Shown here piece after piece: positions 19,620-29,467 of a stretch of 64,000 nt of DNA. Made by a program: the position numbers and the translations under genes. This DNA comes from Bacillota bacterium (lineage in GTDB: Bacteria > Bacillota > Clostridia > Acetivibrionales > DTU013). Every line of letters begins with the position of its first letter. Within the stretch, counting starts at the first letter, position 1. The notes beneath the pieces are model-generated. The model worked only from the letters and a program-made list of their open reading frames with translations. It did no database searches and was not told where the DNA came from. The stretch lies in the NCBI GenBank assembly GCA_023418915.1, contig JAEZYU010000037.1, positions 14,349-78,348 on the forward strand, written 5' to 3'.

Positions 19620-21341
19620 ATGAACTCGATCCGTTCCAAACTTATTCGCAATTTTTTATGCTTCACTGTTCCAGTAGTCATATTATTAGTATTCACAAAT
19701 ATTTATGCCATCTCTATTGTCCGTACACAAGTATCAAAATTGTACGAAAACATGGCTGCGCTCCATTTAAATCAGGTCGATACGGCACTGATCGATATCG
19801 AACAGTACCTAAGCCTGACAATTTACTATGAGGATAGCCTTCAAGCCATCAAAAAGAACGACTCCAACATGTCCTCCAATATTGCCAGAATATCTTTGAA
19901 GAATAAACTTGCAAATGATATCCTGGTATATAAAACTGTAGACTGCTTTTTCGCATATCTCCCGGAGGCGAATACTTTTCTGGCTGTAAATAAAAGTAAC
20001 CTGGAATACTCGGAGCGGGATCTGCTGAGTATATATATTCGGAATAACGCAGCTACTGGTTCAATGGACTTCTTCGATTGGAAGGTTTATACCATTGAAG
20101 ACTCACATTATTTGATTCGCATCATGCAGTTCAATGATATGTATGTGGGAGCATGTATACAGCTGGAAAGTCTGAAAACTCCCATGACATTAGTTGATCT
20201 CGGTGAGAATATCCATACCTTCTTCACAGATAAAAACGGTTTAGTATTAACACCGCTGAACAACCTGAATCTGGAGTCGATCCAGGGAGAAAACGGTTTA
20301 AAAACATTAATGCTGAACGGAAAAAGGACAAATTATCAGTTTGTTTCTCAAGGCTCCTCCAAAGGGAATTTCAAGCTGAATGTCCTGATTCCGGAAAAAA
20401 ACACCCTGAATTATCTTCCCCATATCCTTCGCGTTTCTTTTATTATCTTGTTTGTTCTGTGCTTTATATTCATCCCCATCTATCTCATATTTATCAATAA
20501 GGACATATTGCTGCCTTTAAATAGATTAGTAGGTTCTATGAAAAAAGTTAAAAACGGAGATTTGAACTCAAGATTTCATTCTAAAACCACTTCTGACGAG
20601 TTTGAGATCGTAAAAGAGACCTTCAATAATATGCTTACACAGATCCAGGATCTGCAAATCAGTGTACAGCACGAAAAAAATACTGCCCTCAAAGAGGAGC
20701 TTTATCGTCTGCAAATGCAGCAAAGCCCGCATTTTTTGATAAACTCTCTGAATATCCTATATAATCTTTCTGAATTTAAGGACTACAAGCTGATTGAAGA
20801 GATGACCCTTTGTATGATCCGGTACTACCGGTTTATCTATACAAACCACCTCAACTTTGTTCTTCTAAAAGATGAAATCAGTCACTGCGAGGATTATTTA
20901 CGCATTCAGAAAATGAGTATGAACCACAAGCTGGAATATTCCTTTGAGGTGCCGGATTTTCTTGATGATACTCCGGTCCCTCCTCTGATAGTTCAGACAT
21001 TTATAGAGAATGCGATCAAATACTCGGCATCTGAAGATGGACTTGTTTCTGTAACAGTGAAAATAGATTTTGCAGAATATGAACAGCAGGATTGTATTAA
21101 GATTTTAATACAGGACTGCGGAAATGGTTTCCCGGATGAATGCCTGCAAGTGTTCTTAAGTTCTGGTAATACGTTCCCTCAAAAGAATGGTGAGCACATG
21201 GGGATCATGAACGTTCAGCGAAGACTGGCTCTGCTCTATAAAGAAAAATCACATATTAGTTTCTCCAATTCAGGCGGAGCTAAAATTGAAATATATTTAC
21301 CGATTTCTCCTGATATTCACACATTGCACAACATGTTATAG
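19620..21341 (+). CDS. Sensor histidine kinase, YesM-like
   Basis: The 573 aa ORF has two TM segments flanking a sensor domain and a HAMP-like region (LNRLVGSMKKVKNGDLNSR). It has an H-box region LQMQQSPHFLINSLN and an N-box VQTFIENAIKYS. Confidence 0.9.
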   Translation: MNSIRSKLIRNFLCFTVPVVILLVFTNIYAISIVRTQVSKLYENMAALHLNQVDTALIDIEQYLSLTIYYEDSLQAIKKNDSNMSSNIARISLKNKLANDILVYKTVDCFFAYLPEANTFLAVNKSNLEYSERDLLSIYIRNNAATGSMDFFDWKVYTIEDSHYLIRIMQFNDMYVGACIQLESLKTPMTLVDLGENIHTFFTDKNGLVLTPLNNLNLESIQGENGLKTLMLNGKRTNYQFVSQGSSKGNFKLNVLIPEKNTLNYLPHILRVSFIILFVLCFIFIPIYLIFINKDILLPLNRLVGSMKKVKNGDLNSRFHSKTTSDEFEIVKETFNNMLTQIQDLQISVQHEKNTALKEELYRLQMQQSPHFLINSLNILYNLSEFKDYKLIEEMTLCMIRYYRFIYTNHLNFVLLKDEISHCEDYLRIQKMSMNHKLEYSFEVPDFLDDTPVPPLIVQTFIENAIKYSASEDGLVSVTVKIDFAEYEQQDCIKILIQDCGNGFPDECLQVFLSSGNTFPQKNGEHMGIMNVQRRLALLYKEKSHISFSNSGGAKIEIYLPISPDIHTLHNML

Positions 21342-21357
21342 GTAAAGGGGGGAAAAT

Positions 21358-22953
21358 GTGTATTCAATTTTGATTGTTGATGATGATGATCATGATATCA
21401 AGAAGGTCAGGACCAGTATCGATCGTACCCTCATTCCGGTTGATAAGCTTTATACTGCAAATAATATCCATGAGGCAAAAGAAATTATACTGAATAAGCA
21501 AGTTGACATCCTGCTTTGTGATATAGAAATGCCTCAGGGAACAGGAATTGAATTACTGGAATGGGGACAGGAAAAAAAGCAGGATGTGGTTACTGTTCTG
21601 TTGACTTGTCATACAGATTTCAAATATGCAAAGCAGGCCCTGCGGTTGGGATGTCTGGATTATTTACTCAAGCCTGTAAATAGTGAGGAATTGAACTCCG
21701 TATTAAAAAAAGCTGAGACAGTTCTGAAAAAGAAAACAGAGACACTCAGGATAAATGACTATCAGCAAATGTGGAAAAGGATCACTCCATTAGTGATGGA
21801 AAGCTTTTGGCTCAATCTGATCAATAATATGGAGCTAACATCAAAGAAAGCCATTAAAACGATGATTGAAAGCATGAATATACCTGTCGCAATGGACATG
21901 GACTTCTTTCCGATTTTGTTAACCATTCAGCGATATCAAAAGGAACTGAGTCCTAGAAATCAAAAAATCATAGAACATGTGATAAAACAATCAATAAATA
22001 AAATTTTCTCAAAGGAGGAGTTTTCAACCCAGATCATCAAGCTCAACAGCATGGACTATATTATCATCCTTTCCTTTGAAAGCACCGGATGCACAATGCA
22101 AGGGGTTTTGATGGAAAATTGTGAAGCGCTGATCCGCACCTGCAACAAGGTCTATTGCGACGTATCATGCTTTATCGGCGAGATGACGAGCGTTTCTGAT
22201 TTTTCTGATGTGGTAGCAGTACTAAAGACACTAAAAAATGAAAATGTAATCCTGAATCAGATTGTCGAATTTCATGAAGCAGAAAAAACACAGGATGCAA
22301 ATACTCCAAATATCGACCTCTGGACAACGCTATTGAAAAAAGGTAAGGAAAAGGAGGCCATTGAAGAGATATTTGTATATTTCAAGGCGCTTTCACGAAC
22401 AGGTTATATCAATGTAAATATGCTCAAGCAGTTTCGGCAGGACTTTCTGCAGATGATACATCTGCTGCTGAATCAAAACAGTATTTCAGCAAGTGAGATT
22501 TTTAATGATGCCCTTGCTATCGAATTGGAAGATAAGGCTGTTAATTCTCTGGAAGAGATGCGTATATGGGTAAAGCATACGATCCGAAAAACAATGGAAA
22601 GGATCAATGCTGTTGAAAGATCCAATGATGTAGTCGATACGGTAAAGGAATATATTGCGCTTCATCTGGATGAGGAAGACCTCTCCCGTGAAGCAATTGC
22701 ACAGTTTACCTTTCTCAGTCCGGATTATCTTTCAAAAGTATTCAAGAAGAAAACAGGAGTCTCAATATCAGATTATTTGATTTCGGAGCGGTTCAAAAAA
22801 GCAAGGGAACTGCTCGTCTCAACAGAGCTTTCGGTCAGTGCCGTGGTATCGGCAGTAGGCTATTCTCATTTTTCTTATTTTTCTAAAATGTTTAAGAAAA
22901 TCGCTGGGTGTACTCCGATCGAGTATAGAAAAAGATACAAACCACAATCGTAA
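21358..22953 (+). CDS. Response regulator with AraC-type HTH (YesN-like)
   Basis: The receiver domain is ILIVDDDDHD...DILLCDIEMPQGTGIELL. The C-terminal AraC HTH is LSPDYLSKVFKKKTG...VGYSHFSYFSKMFKK. The GTG start follows AAGGGGGGAAAA. Confidence 0.9.
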   Translation: MYSILIVDDDDHDIKKVRTSIDRTLIPVDKLYTANNIHEAKEIILNKQVDILLCDIEMPQGTGIELLEWGQEKKQDVVTVLLTCHTDFKYAKQALRLGCLDYLLKPVNSEELNSVLKKAETVLKKKTETLRINDYQQMWKRITPLVMESFWLNLINNMELTSKKAIKTMIESMNIPVAMDMDFFPILLTIQRYQKELSPRNQKIIEHVIKQSINKIFSKEEFSTQIIKLNSMDYIIILSFESTGCTMQGVLMENCEALIRTCNKVYCDVSCFIGEMTSVSDFSDVVAVLKTLKNENVILNQIVEFHEAEKTQDANTPNIDLWTTLLKKGKEKEAIEEIFVYFKALSRTGYINVNMLKQFRQDFLQMIHLLLNQNSISASEIFNDALAIELEDKAVNSLEEMRIWVKHTIRKTMERINAVERSNDVVDTVKEYIALHLDEEDLSREAIAQFTFLSPDYLSKVFKKKTGVSISDYLISERFKKARELLVSTELSVSAVVSAVGYSHFSYFSKMFKKIAGCTPIEYRKRYKPQS

Positions 22954-23112
22954 TCCTCTGTCATACAAAACAGGCATTTGTTCTGATTGCTGCTGCTCCC
23001 CTAATCGGCAGGATTTTTACGCATACTGCAAAAATGGGACAGCAGGCAGACCATAAATAGTCAGCCTGCCTCCCGCCTAATATACCGGAGTTTACATGCT
23101 CAATTTTACGCA

Positions 23113-24057
23113 TTAACGAAGGAGTGCCTCTTCCCTTTCCCTGAAATAGGCTGCCGTCTGCATTACGAGCTTATCAACAGAAGCCTTGTCAGGTTTCCCG
23201 TTCATTGCAGGATAAGGATCTCCGCCTGGTCCAAGAGGCTCCGGAGTGAAAAATCTGTCCGAGTTATTGAAGTCGATCAGGTATAATGCCATTATGATAG
23301 TATCAAGATCAAGAGACCCCTCTCCCAAAGCACACCTGTTGCTGTCAGCCATATGAAGGTTCACGAGCATCTCTCCTGCATCCATTATAGCTTCACCGAT
23401 ATGAGCTTCACCGGACTGCATATGATAAACATCACCGTTTATATGCCGTACGCCCGGATGATTAACTGCGGCGATATATTTTTTAGCTTCAGCTATAGTA
23501 TGAATGAAGCTGGCCTCAGCAGCCCTTACCGGCTCGATTGCAGCCTTGATATCATACTTTACGAAGAGGTCGGCCACCAGCAGCAGTGTCTCCACGCTTC
23601 TCTCAAACTCCGTATTGTCATAGGCTCCGGGCCTTCCAACCGCTCCCGGTACCACCAGCAGATAAGAAGCGCCTACCTTTGCTCCAAATTCAAGTTCCCT
23701 TTTTATATAATCAACTGCCGCTTGCCTTTGCATAGGACGGTTGCTTGAGAGATCGTTATCAGCGGAAAACATTCCACAGATCCCTCCGACCTTGATACCG
23801 TAGTCATCAAGGACCTTAAGTGTTTCATCCGGCTTGTACCCAAGATCCGGGCCATAATGGTTGCCATGGAGTTCAATGTATTTTATGCCTGCCCGCTGCA
23901 GGCGTGCTGCAGATTCTGCAAGAGATTCGATTCCGAATCCCCAATTGCTCCATGATAATTTTAGTCTGTCCTTAAGCTTTTCAGGATTGTTCTTTTTCAG
24001 TTCAAGAAATGCGTTGTGAATTTTTTCATTCTTAACTTCGAAATTTTGTTTAGTCAT
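23113..24057 (-). CDS. Sugar phosphate isomerase/epimerase (xylose-isomerase-like TIM barrel)
   Basis: The 314 aa ORF has IELHG, YLLVVPG, IEPV and HMADSNR motifs arranged as in AP_endonuc_2 / TIM-barrel sugar isomerases. Confidence 0.75.
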   Translation of the reverse strand: MTKQNFEVKNEKIHNAFLELKKNNPEKLKDRLKLSWSNWGFGIESLAESAARLQRAGIKYIELHGNHYGPDLGYKPDETLKVLDDYGIKVGGICGMFSADNDLSSNRPMQRQAAVDYIKRELEFGAKVGASYLLVVPGAVGRPGAYDNTEFERSVETLLLVADLFVKYDIKAAIEPVRAAEASFIHTIAEAKKYIAAVNHPGVRHINGDVYHMQSGEAHIGEAIMDAGEMLVNLHMADSNRCALGEGSLDLDTIIMALYLIDFNNSDRFFTPEPLGPGGDPYPAMNGKPDKASVDKLVMQTAAYFREREEALLR

Positions 24058-24462
24058 TTGGTATCCTCCATTAGTGCGACTCGTCTTTGATTTGTATTAC
24101 CGAAAATCTCCGCTCATAATCAACGAACCCTGTCTGATAAGCTCCCGAACTAATCCTATCAGATATGCTCCCAAATAGGTATACATAATACAGAAATCAA
24201 GCAAGCATCTGAAAATTTAGCATGCTTACTTGATATTTTATTTATTCAGGATTATGCATTATTTTTTTTTGAAACAAATGACATAAATCATATTGAAATG
24301 CTCACTAACAGCATTAACAGCATCATACATGATGTCTTTTGTCTTTAGCCCTCCAGAATATCCGTCAATTATTGACTTTATTCTATAAAATATTTCATTG
24401 CTTGTAAATGCTTTTATAACATAAAATTGTTGCATGTTAATTCTATAAATCCTGCCGCCTAG

Positions 24463-25296
24463 TTATTTTAGAACGGCACCGGCAGTAAGAGCATTTTCTA
24501 TTTGCTCATTTCCAAGCATGTATATGATTATCGTGGGCAGGCTTGTTATTATCATAGCCGCACCGATCTGGCCCCAGTGAGATACTCCAATGCTAACAAA
24601 GAAATTCAGCAATCCGACCGTCAAAGGCCTGATCTTATCATCGGCAGCCAATATAAAGGCTAGAAAGAATTCATTGTATGTATTCATGAATATAAGAACG
24701 CACTGAGTGGCAATTGCAGGCTTAATTACAGGTATTATGATTCTGAAAAAGGTTTGATAAATATTGCAGCCATCGATGCAGGCAGCCTCTTCAAGCTCCT
24801 TAGGCAGGCTTCTGAAAAAGGCATAGAGCATAAGAACACAGGAGGAAAGCGCAAAGGCCGAATATGGAAGGATCAGGCTGAGGTGGGTACCCTTCAGTCC
24901 GATATTTCTGATCATAATGAGTATGGGAATAATAACTACCTGGGCAGGTACGATAAGTCCCATTGAAATATAGCTCAATGCGAAGCCCTTATGTTTCCAG
25001 TTCATTCTGCTTAGGCAATAAGCAAACATACTTCCCAGAAGTATTGTTATAGCAATAGTACTAATGGAATAGATCAGGCTGTTGGATAAATATTTTATGA
25101 AATTGAATTTTTCAAGCGCATCACCGTAATTATTAAAGACCCATTGCTCCGGAAGACCAAATGGGTTGTTATAAACCTCACTTTTTGACTTGAATGAAAT
25201 GTTGATCATCCAGTACAAAGGAAAAAGGAATGAAATCCCGATCAGTATCATCGCTGCAGCGACCAGCGCTTTGAACTTATTTTTTTTCATGCTCAT
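24463..25296 (-). CDS. Carbohydrate ABC transporter permease (MalG-type)
   Basis: The 277 aa ORF is multi-TM with the motif EEAACIDGCNIYQTFFRIIIPV. Confidence 0.9.
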   Translation of the reverse strand: MSMKKNKFKALVAAAMILIGISFLFPLYWMINISFKSKSEVYNNPFGLPEQWVFNNYGDALEKFNFIKYLSNSLIYSISTIAITILLGSMFAYCLSRMNWKHKGFALSYISMGLIVPAQVVIIPILIMIRNIGLKGTHLSLILPYSAFALSSCVLMLYAFFRSLPKELEEAACIDGCNIYQTFFRIIIPVIKPAIATQCVLIFMNTYNEFFLAFILAADDKIRPLTVGLLNFFVSIGVSHWGQIGAAMIITSLPTIIIYMLGNEQIENALTAGAVLK

Positions 25297-25308
25297 TACA
25301 CCATCCCA

Positions 25309-26202
25309 TTAAAACTCTATTTTTTCTCTTGCTACAAAACGGTTGATCAAAAAAGTAAGCACGAGGCATTCCAGCACAAATAAAATGGCTATCGCACAGC
25401 CCTGTCCAAAATCGGAAGCTGAAAATGCTTTGAAAAACAGCTGGTAAATGACAGTTCTTGATACATCACCCGGGCCGCCTCCGGTCATTATCCTTACATG
25501 AGCAAATTGTGACATACAGCCCAGTACCGATATGACAAGCAAGTATTTGGTCACCTCCCTCAAAAGAGGGATCGTGATCCTCATGCTTGTTCTGATAAAA
25601 CCAGCGCCATCGATAACTGCCGCTTCATAATAAGTCTTCGGGATCGTCTGTATGCCTGTATAGAAAAGCAGTGCATTCAGGCCAAGATACTGCCACAGGA
25701 ATGCTGCCGCAATTGCCGCTACTACCGTTCTTTCATCAGAGAGCCATGCCAAGGCGATTTTGTCAAGACCGACCGCCCTCAATAAGTTATTGATAAGACC
25801 CCACTGCGGTTCATATATTGCGACCCACATCTGCGCTATAACTGTAACAGAAAGCACAGCGGGAAGAACGCTGCTGGCCTTGAAAAACCTCTTCACAGAG
25901 TCTGTCTGCCTGTCCATGATCAATGCCAGGATCAATGAGATCGGCAGTCCTGCACAGGTAGAAATCAGCACTATGATAAGCGTATTCTGATTTGATTTCC
26001 AAAACGCTCCGTCCCGCAAAACATTTAAGTAATTTGCAGCTCCCACATATCCCATATTTTTGAACCCGTCGTTATTTTGAAAGCTGATTACTATTTCAGG
26101 AAAGAGTGGATAGACAACGAAGGCTGTAAATAATAACAGCGTAGGAAATGCAAACAAAAATATTGCAAGCTTGTTGCTATATAATTTATTCATATATGTC
26201 AC
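25309..26202 (-). CDS. Carbohydrate ABC transporter permease (MalF-type)
   Basis: The 297 aa ORF is multi-TM with the motif YEAAVIDGAGFIRTSMRITIPLL. Confidence 0.9.
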   Translation of the reverse strand: MTYMNKLYSNKLAIFLFAFPTLLLFTAFVVYPLFPEIVISFQNNDGFKNMGYVGAANYLNVLRDGAFWKSNQNTLIIVLISTCAGLPISLILALIMDRQTDSVKRFFKASSVLPAVLSVTVIAQMWVAIYEPQWGLINNLLRAVGLDKIALAWLSDERTVVAAIAAAFLWQYLGLNALLFYTGIQTIPKTYYEAAVIDGAGFIRTSMRITIPLLREVTKYLLVISVLGCMSQFAHVRIMTGGGPGDVSRTVIYQLFFKAFSASDFGQGCAIAILFVLECLVLTFLINRFVAREKIEF

Positions 26203-26283
26203 CTATTGGCCAGCATCCCTATATGATCCGCTCATATAGGGATGCTGTTTATGTATTTATTCCTTATTGATCGAAATGCTGTG

Positions 26284-27648
26284 TCAATTAAAGTTTTCTG
26301 CCCAAATCGGATTGATTGCAGCAATATAGTCATCCGGGGAATACTGGCCAGTAAGAAGCTTGCTGTTCAGCGTTGAAATCTCTGCAGACATCCTGGTATT
26401 GAATGTAGCCGCCCATAACGATGGAATTTTCAGCTGTGCGGCATTAAACTGATCGAGATTCTTCTGCAGCAACGGTGAGATGCCTTCGATCGTTACACCA
26501 GTATCAAGAGCTGTCGGTGCTTTATTTTCAATATTGTAGAACAGTGCATCCTGCATGGCGCAGAACATGGCAAATTCAGCTGCCACTTCCGGGTTAGCGG
26601 TCTTTGATGATGCAAGATATCCACTTAATGGAGCGCCCCAGAACTGAATCGAAGCATTGGCATCATTGCCTTCCTTTGCCGAGGGCCAGACTATGAAATC
26701 AGTGTCCGGAGATGCGCTTTCCAGGTTCCCTGTCTCCCATGTAAACATTGCCAGCATTGCAGCATTATTCGACGTATACATTTCTACTGCCGGGCCGTAG
26801 TCTATATTAGTGACACCTTGTGCAAAAGCTCCGGCCTGAACCAGTTGCTGTATTCTTCCCAGAGCATTTTTGACAACCGGGTTGCTGAAATCAGTATTGT
26901 TATTGACCAAATCGACTGCGACCTGGGGATCCTCCGCCATGATCATTGTCTGAAGCATATGCAGGTTCGGAGTCCAGCCGTCCTTACCGACAATAGACAT
27001 AGGAACTATACCTTTACCCTTAAGTGTTTCACAGACTGCAACAAGCTGGTCAAATGTCTGTGGGATCTCAATATTGTGTTGAGCAAATATGTCCTTGTGA
27101 TACCATAATCTCGGGGTAAAATATTGATCCGCACCAGGCTGTACACAATAAAGCTTTCCATCCTTGTCCGGTGCTATGACCTCGGGCATTTTAAACTTCT
27201 TGTCAAAACCTGAAGCTTTGACATACGGAGCCAGATCCAAAGCATTGCCTGCGGTCACTACCACACTGGATAGATTCTGTTCGGAAAACCACACATCCGG
27301 CATGTCGCCCGATGCATTATATGCCTTCAGCTTGTTGGCATAATCCTGTCCGCCGCCGCCCAGATCGTATTCCACCTCAACATTCGGCAATTCCTTTGCA
27401 ACGTTTACCTTTATGTATTTTTCACGAATGTTGTTTCTGTTATCGTCGGAGCTCAAAGAAAGGAATTTAATTTTGACCTTTTCATCGGGCTGTGATTCAG
27501 AACCGGCAGGCTCATTATTTTGCGCCGCATTCTTTGACGTATCAGGCTTGTTTGTGTCCGGAGCTTTTGCGGTCCCTCCGCATGCAGCCAGGGAGATTGT
27601 CATGGCAATAATAATAACAATCGACAAAACACCTGTCAGCTTCTTCAT
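26284..27648 (-). CDS. ABC transporter sugar-binding lipoprotein
   Basis: The 454 aa ORF has a signal peptide with lipobox LAACGG and a low-complexity linker. It lies upstream of the two permeases. Confidence 0.9.
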   Translation of the reverse strand: MKKLTGVLSIVIIIAMTISLAACGGTAKAPDTNKPDTSKNAAQNNEPAGSESQPDEKVKIKFLSLSSDDNRNNIREKYIKVNVAKELPNVEVEYDLGGGGQDYANKLKAYNASGDMPDVWFSEQNLSSVVVTAGNALDLAPYVKASGFDKKFKMPEVIAPDKDGKLYCVQPGADQYFTPRLWYHKDIFAQHNIEIPQTFDQLVAVCETLKGKGIVPMSIVGKDGWTPNLHMLQTMIMAEDPQVAVDLVNNNTDFSNPVVKNALGRIQQLVQAGAFAQGVTNIDYGPAVEMYTSNNAAMLAMFTWETGNLESASPDTDFIVWPSAKEGNDANASIQFWGAPLSGYLASSKTANPEVAAEFAMFCAMQDALFYNIENKAPTALDTGVTIEGISPLLQKNLDQFNAAQLKIPSLWAATFNTRMSAEISTLNSKLLTGQYSPDDYIAAINPIWAENFN

Positions 27649-27834
27649 TCTATCGCCTCCTCATTAATCATCAGATAATCGGGAACATTGTTCTTTCGAA
27701 AGAATACTGTAACAGTTACATACTGATTTTATATTGCATAACAGCCATATTGAAGGGAATATTCTTTGTTAATAAGGAAAAATATCGGGTAATGACATAG
27801 ACTTGCTTCTAATGTATTTTGTTGTATACTCCTG

Positions 27835-29457
27835 TTAACTCTTGTTTTCTAAATATTTGCTGGGCGCCAATCCATAGAATTTTTTGAAGCATTTCCCGAA
27901 GTAGTTTGCATCAGCGTATCCTACTTTGCATGCAACATCCAGAATGAGATTGTTGCCGGCATCTAAAAGTTCCTTTGCCTTTTTTATTCTGAATTCAGTC
28001 AGATACTCATTGATCGTAATTCCCGTATCTCTTTTAAAGATAAAGCAGAGGTGTGCATAATTAACAAATAGTTTTTTTGCTATCTCGTCAATATTGAGGT
28101 CATGGTTTTGGTAGTTGTCCATGATATAGTTTTTAACTTCATTAATAAGCTTTGATACCTTTTTGCTTCTGCTCCTTTTGATAGTCTCGGCCGTATACTC
28201 ATATATCTCCTTGACCCAGCATTCCATATCATCAATGGATCTTTTTGCCAGAAGCTCCTCTACAATATTCAGTCTGCTGATCGGCAAAATATCTGTAATG
28301 CTGAGGCCTGCTTCCAGGATATACTCCATACATACCGCCACCAATTCGACACACACCACAAAAAGGATCTCGTGATGTATATTTTCTCTTCGCATCTCAA
28401 AGAACATTTTCTCTAACAGTCTTTGCACCTCTTTATCATCCTCTGTGCGCAGATTCATTAAGAGCTGGCTCCGATGTTCGCTAGTAAACAGGTTCCCTTT
28501 AATTTCGGTATCCACAACAGTACTATATGGGATGATCCTGTTTTCCCCTATCGTCAGCTTGTTTCTCAGCGCTACTATGGATTCGTTATAAGATGCTGAA
28601 ATGTCAAACAATTCGCTTTTTTGACTGCCGACACCTATTGTTACAGTGAAGTCTAAATGCTTATCAACTACAGTTCTGATCAAATCCAACCGGTTTTCAA
28701 GTAATGAGGTGAAGCTGTTTTGGCACTCCGGAGCCTTAATACCTACGATCATACATATCCTGTCGTATCTGTCGTAGCATATGTCAAAATCAAACTGTTC
28801 TCCCAGAATCTCACCAACAATATTGGATACTGCAAACTTCCACAGCTGAAAATCCTCATCATTCCAATCCAGGCTTTCATGATAATCCAATTCTATTGTG
28901 ACTGCCTGATAGTATTCCGAATGAACATTGATGTTCAGATAATTCATCCTTTTGCAGGCTTCTTCCTTATCATGCATGGAAATTCCTTGTATCAAATCAC
29001 TTAAAAACTTCTCCTTCAAAAGGGGCAGACTTTCTCTGACCTGATTCTTTAAGCTGTCGATCTCGATTTTTATGCCGGCTTCCTTTTCAATGCTTCTTTT
29101 GACCTCAAACAGCGAAGTTTTAAGTTCTTCATCATCGACGGGCTTCAATATATAGTTGTTCACTCCCAGCTGAACCGCCTGTTTTGCATAGTTGAACTCA
29201 CTGTGCCCTGTCAGGATGATAAATTTACTGGCGGCTCTCTTTTCTCTGACGCTCTGAATAAATTCCAGACCGTCCATAATGGGCATATTGATATCGACCA
29301 TCACGATATCGGGATCGCAGCGCTCTATGCTTTGCAAAGCGTCCTTTCCGTTTTTGGCTTCTCCACAGATTTCAAAGCCAAGCTCCTTCCATGGGAAGGA
29401 AGTCTTTAATGCCTCCCTGAAATAGAATTCATCGTCAACGATCATGACCTTCAACAT
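27835..29457 (-). CDS. Response regulator with AraC-type HTH (YesN-like)
   Basis: The receiver domain is MLKVMIVDDEFYFREAL...DIVMVDINMPIMDGLEF. The C-terminal AraC HTH is VNYAHLCFIFKRDTG...VGYADANYFGKCFKKFYG. Confidence 0.9.
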   Translation of the reverse strand: MLKVMIVDDEFYFREALKTSFPWKELGFEICGEAKNGKDALQSIERCDPDIVMVDINMPIMDGLEFIQSVREKRAASKFIILTGHSEFNYAKQAVQLGVNNYILKPVDDEELKTSLFEVKRSIEKEAGIKIEIDSLKNQVRESLPLLKEKFLSDLIQGISMHDKEEACKRMNYLNINVHSEYYQAVTIELDYHESLDWNDEDFQLWKFAVSNIVGEILGEQFDFDICYDRYDRICMIVGIKAPECQNSFTSLLENRLDLIRTVVDKHLDFTVTIGVGSQKSELFDISASYNESIVALRNKLTIGENRIIPYSTVVDTEIKGNLFTSEHRSQLLMNLRTEDDKEVQRLLEKMFFEMRRENIHHEILFVVCVELVAVCMEYILEAGLSITDILPISRLNIVEELLAKRSIDDMECWVKEIYEYTAETIKRSRSKKVSKLINEVKNYIMDNYQNHDLNIDEIAKKLFVNYAHLCFIFKRDTGITINEYLTEFRIKKAKELLDAGNNLILDVACKVGYADANYFGKCFKKFYGLAPSKYLENKS

Positions 29458-29467
29458 ATCATCACCC

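Noticed and set aside
23042-23069. The hairpin GCAGGCAGAC-cataaata-GTCAGCCTGC between the convergent response-regulator and isomerase genes, considered as a bidirectional terminator.
   Set aside because: The stem has an internal mismatch. No U-tract follows immediately on either strand, and the nearest T5 run is 7 nt away on the minus strand.
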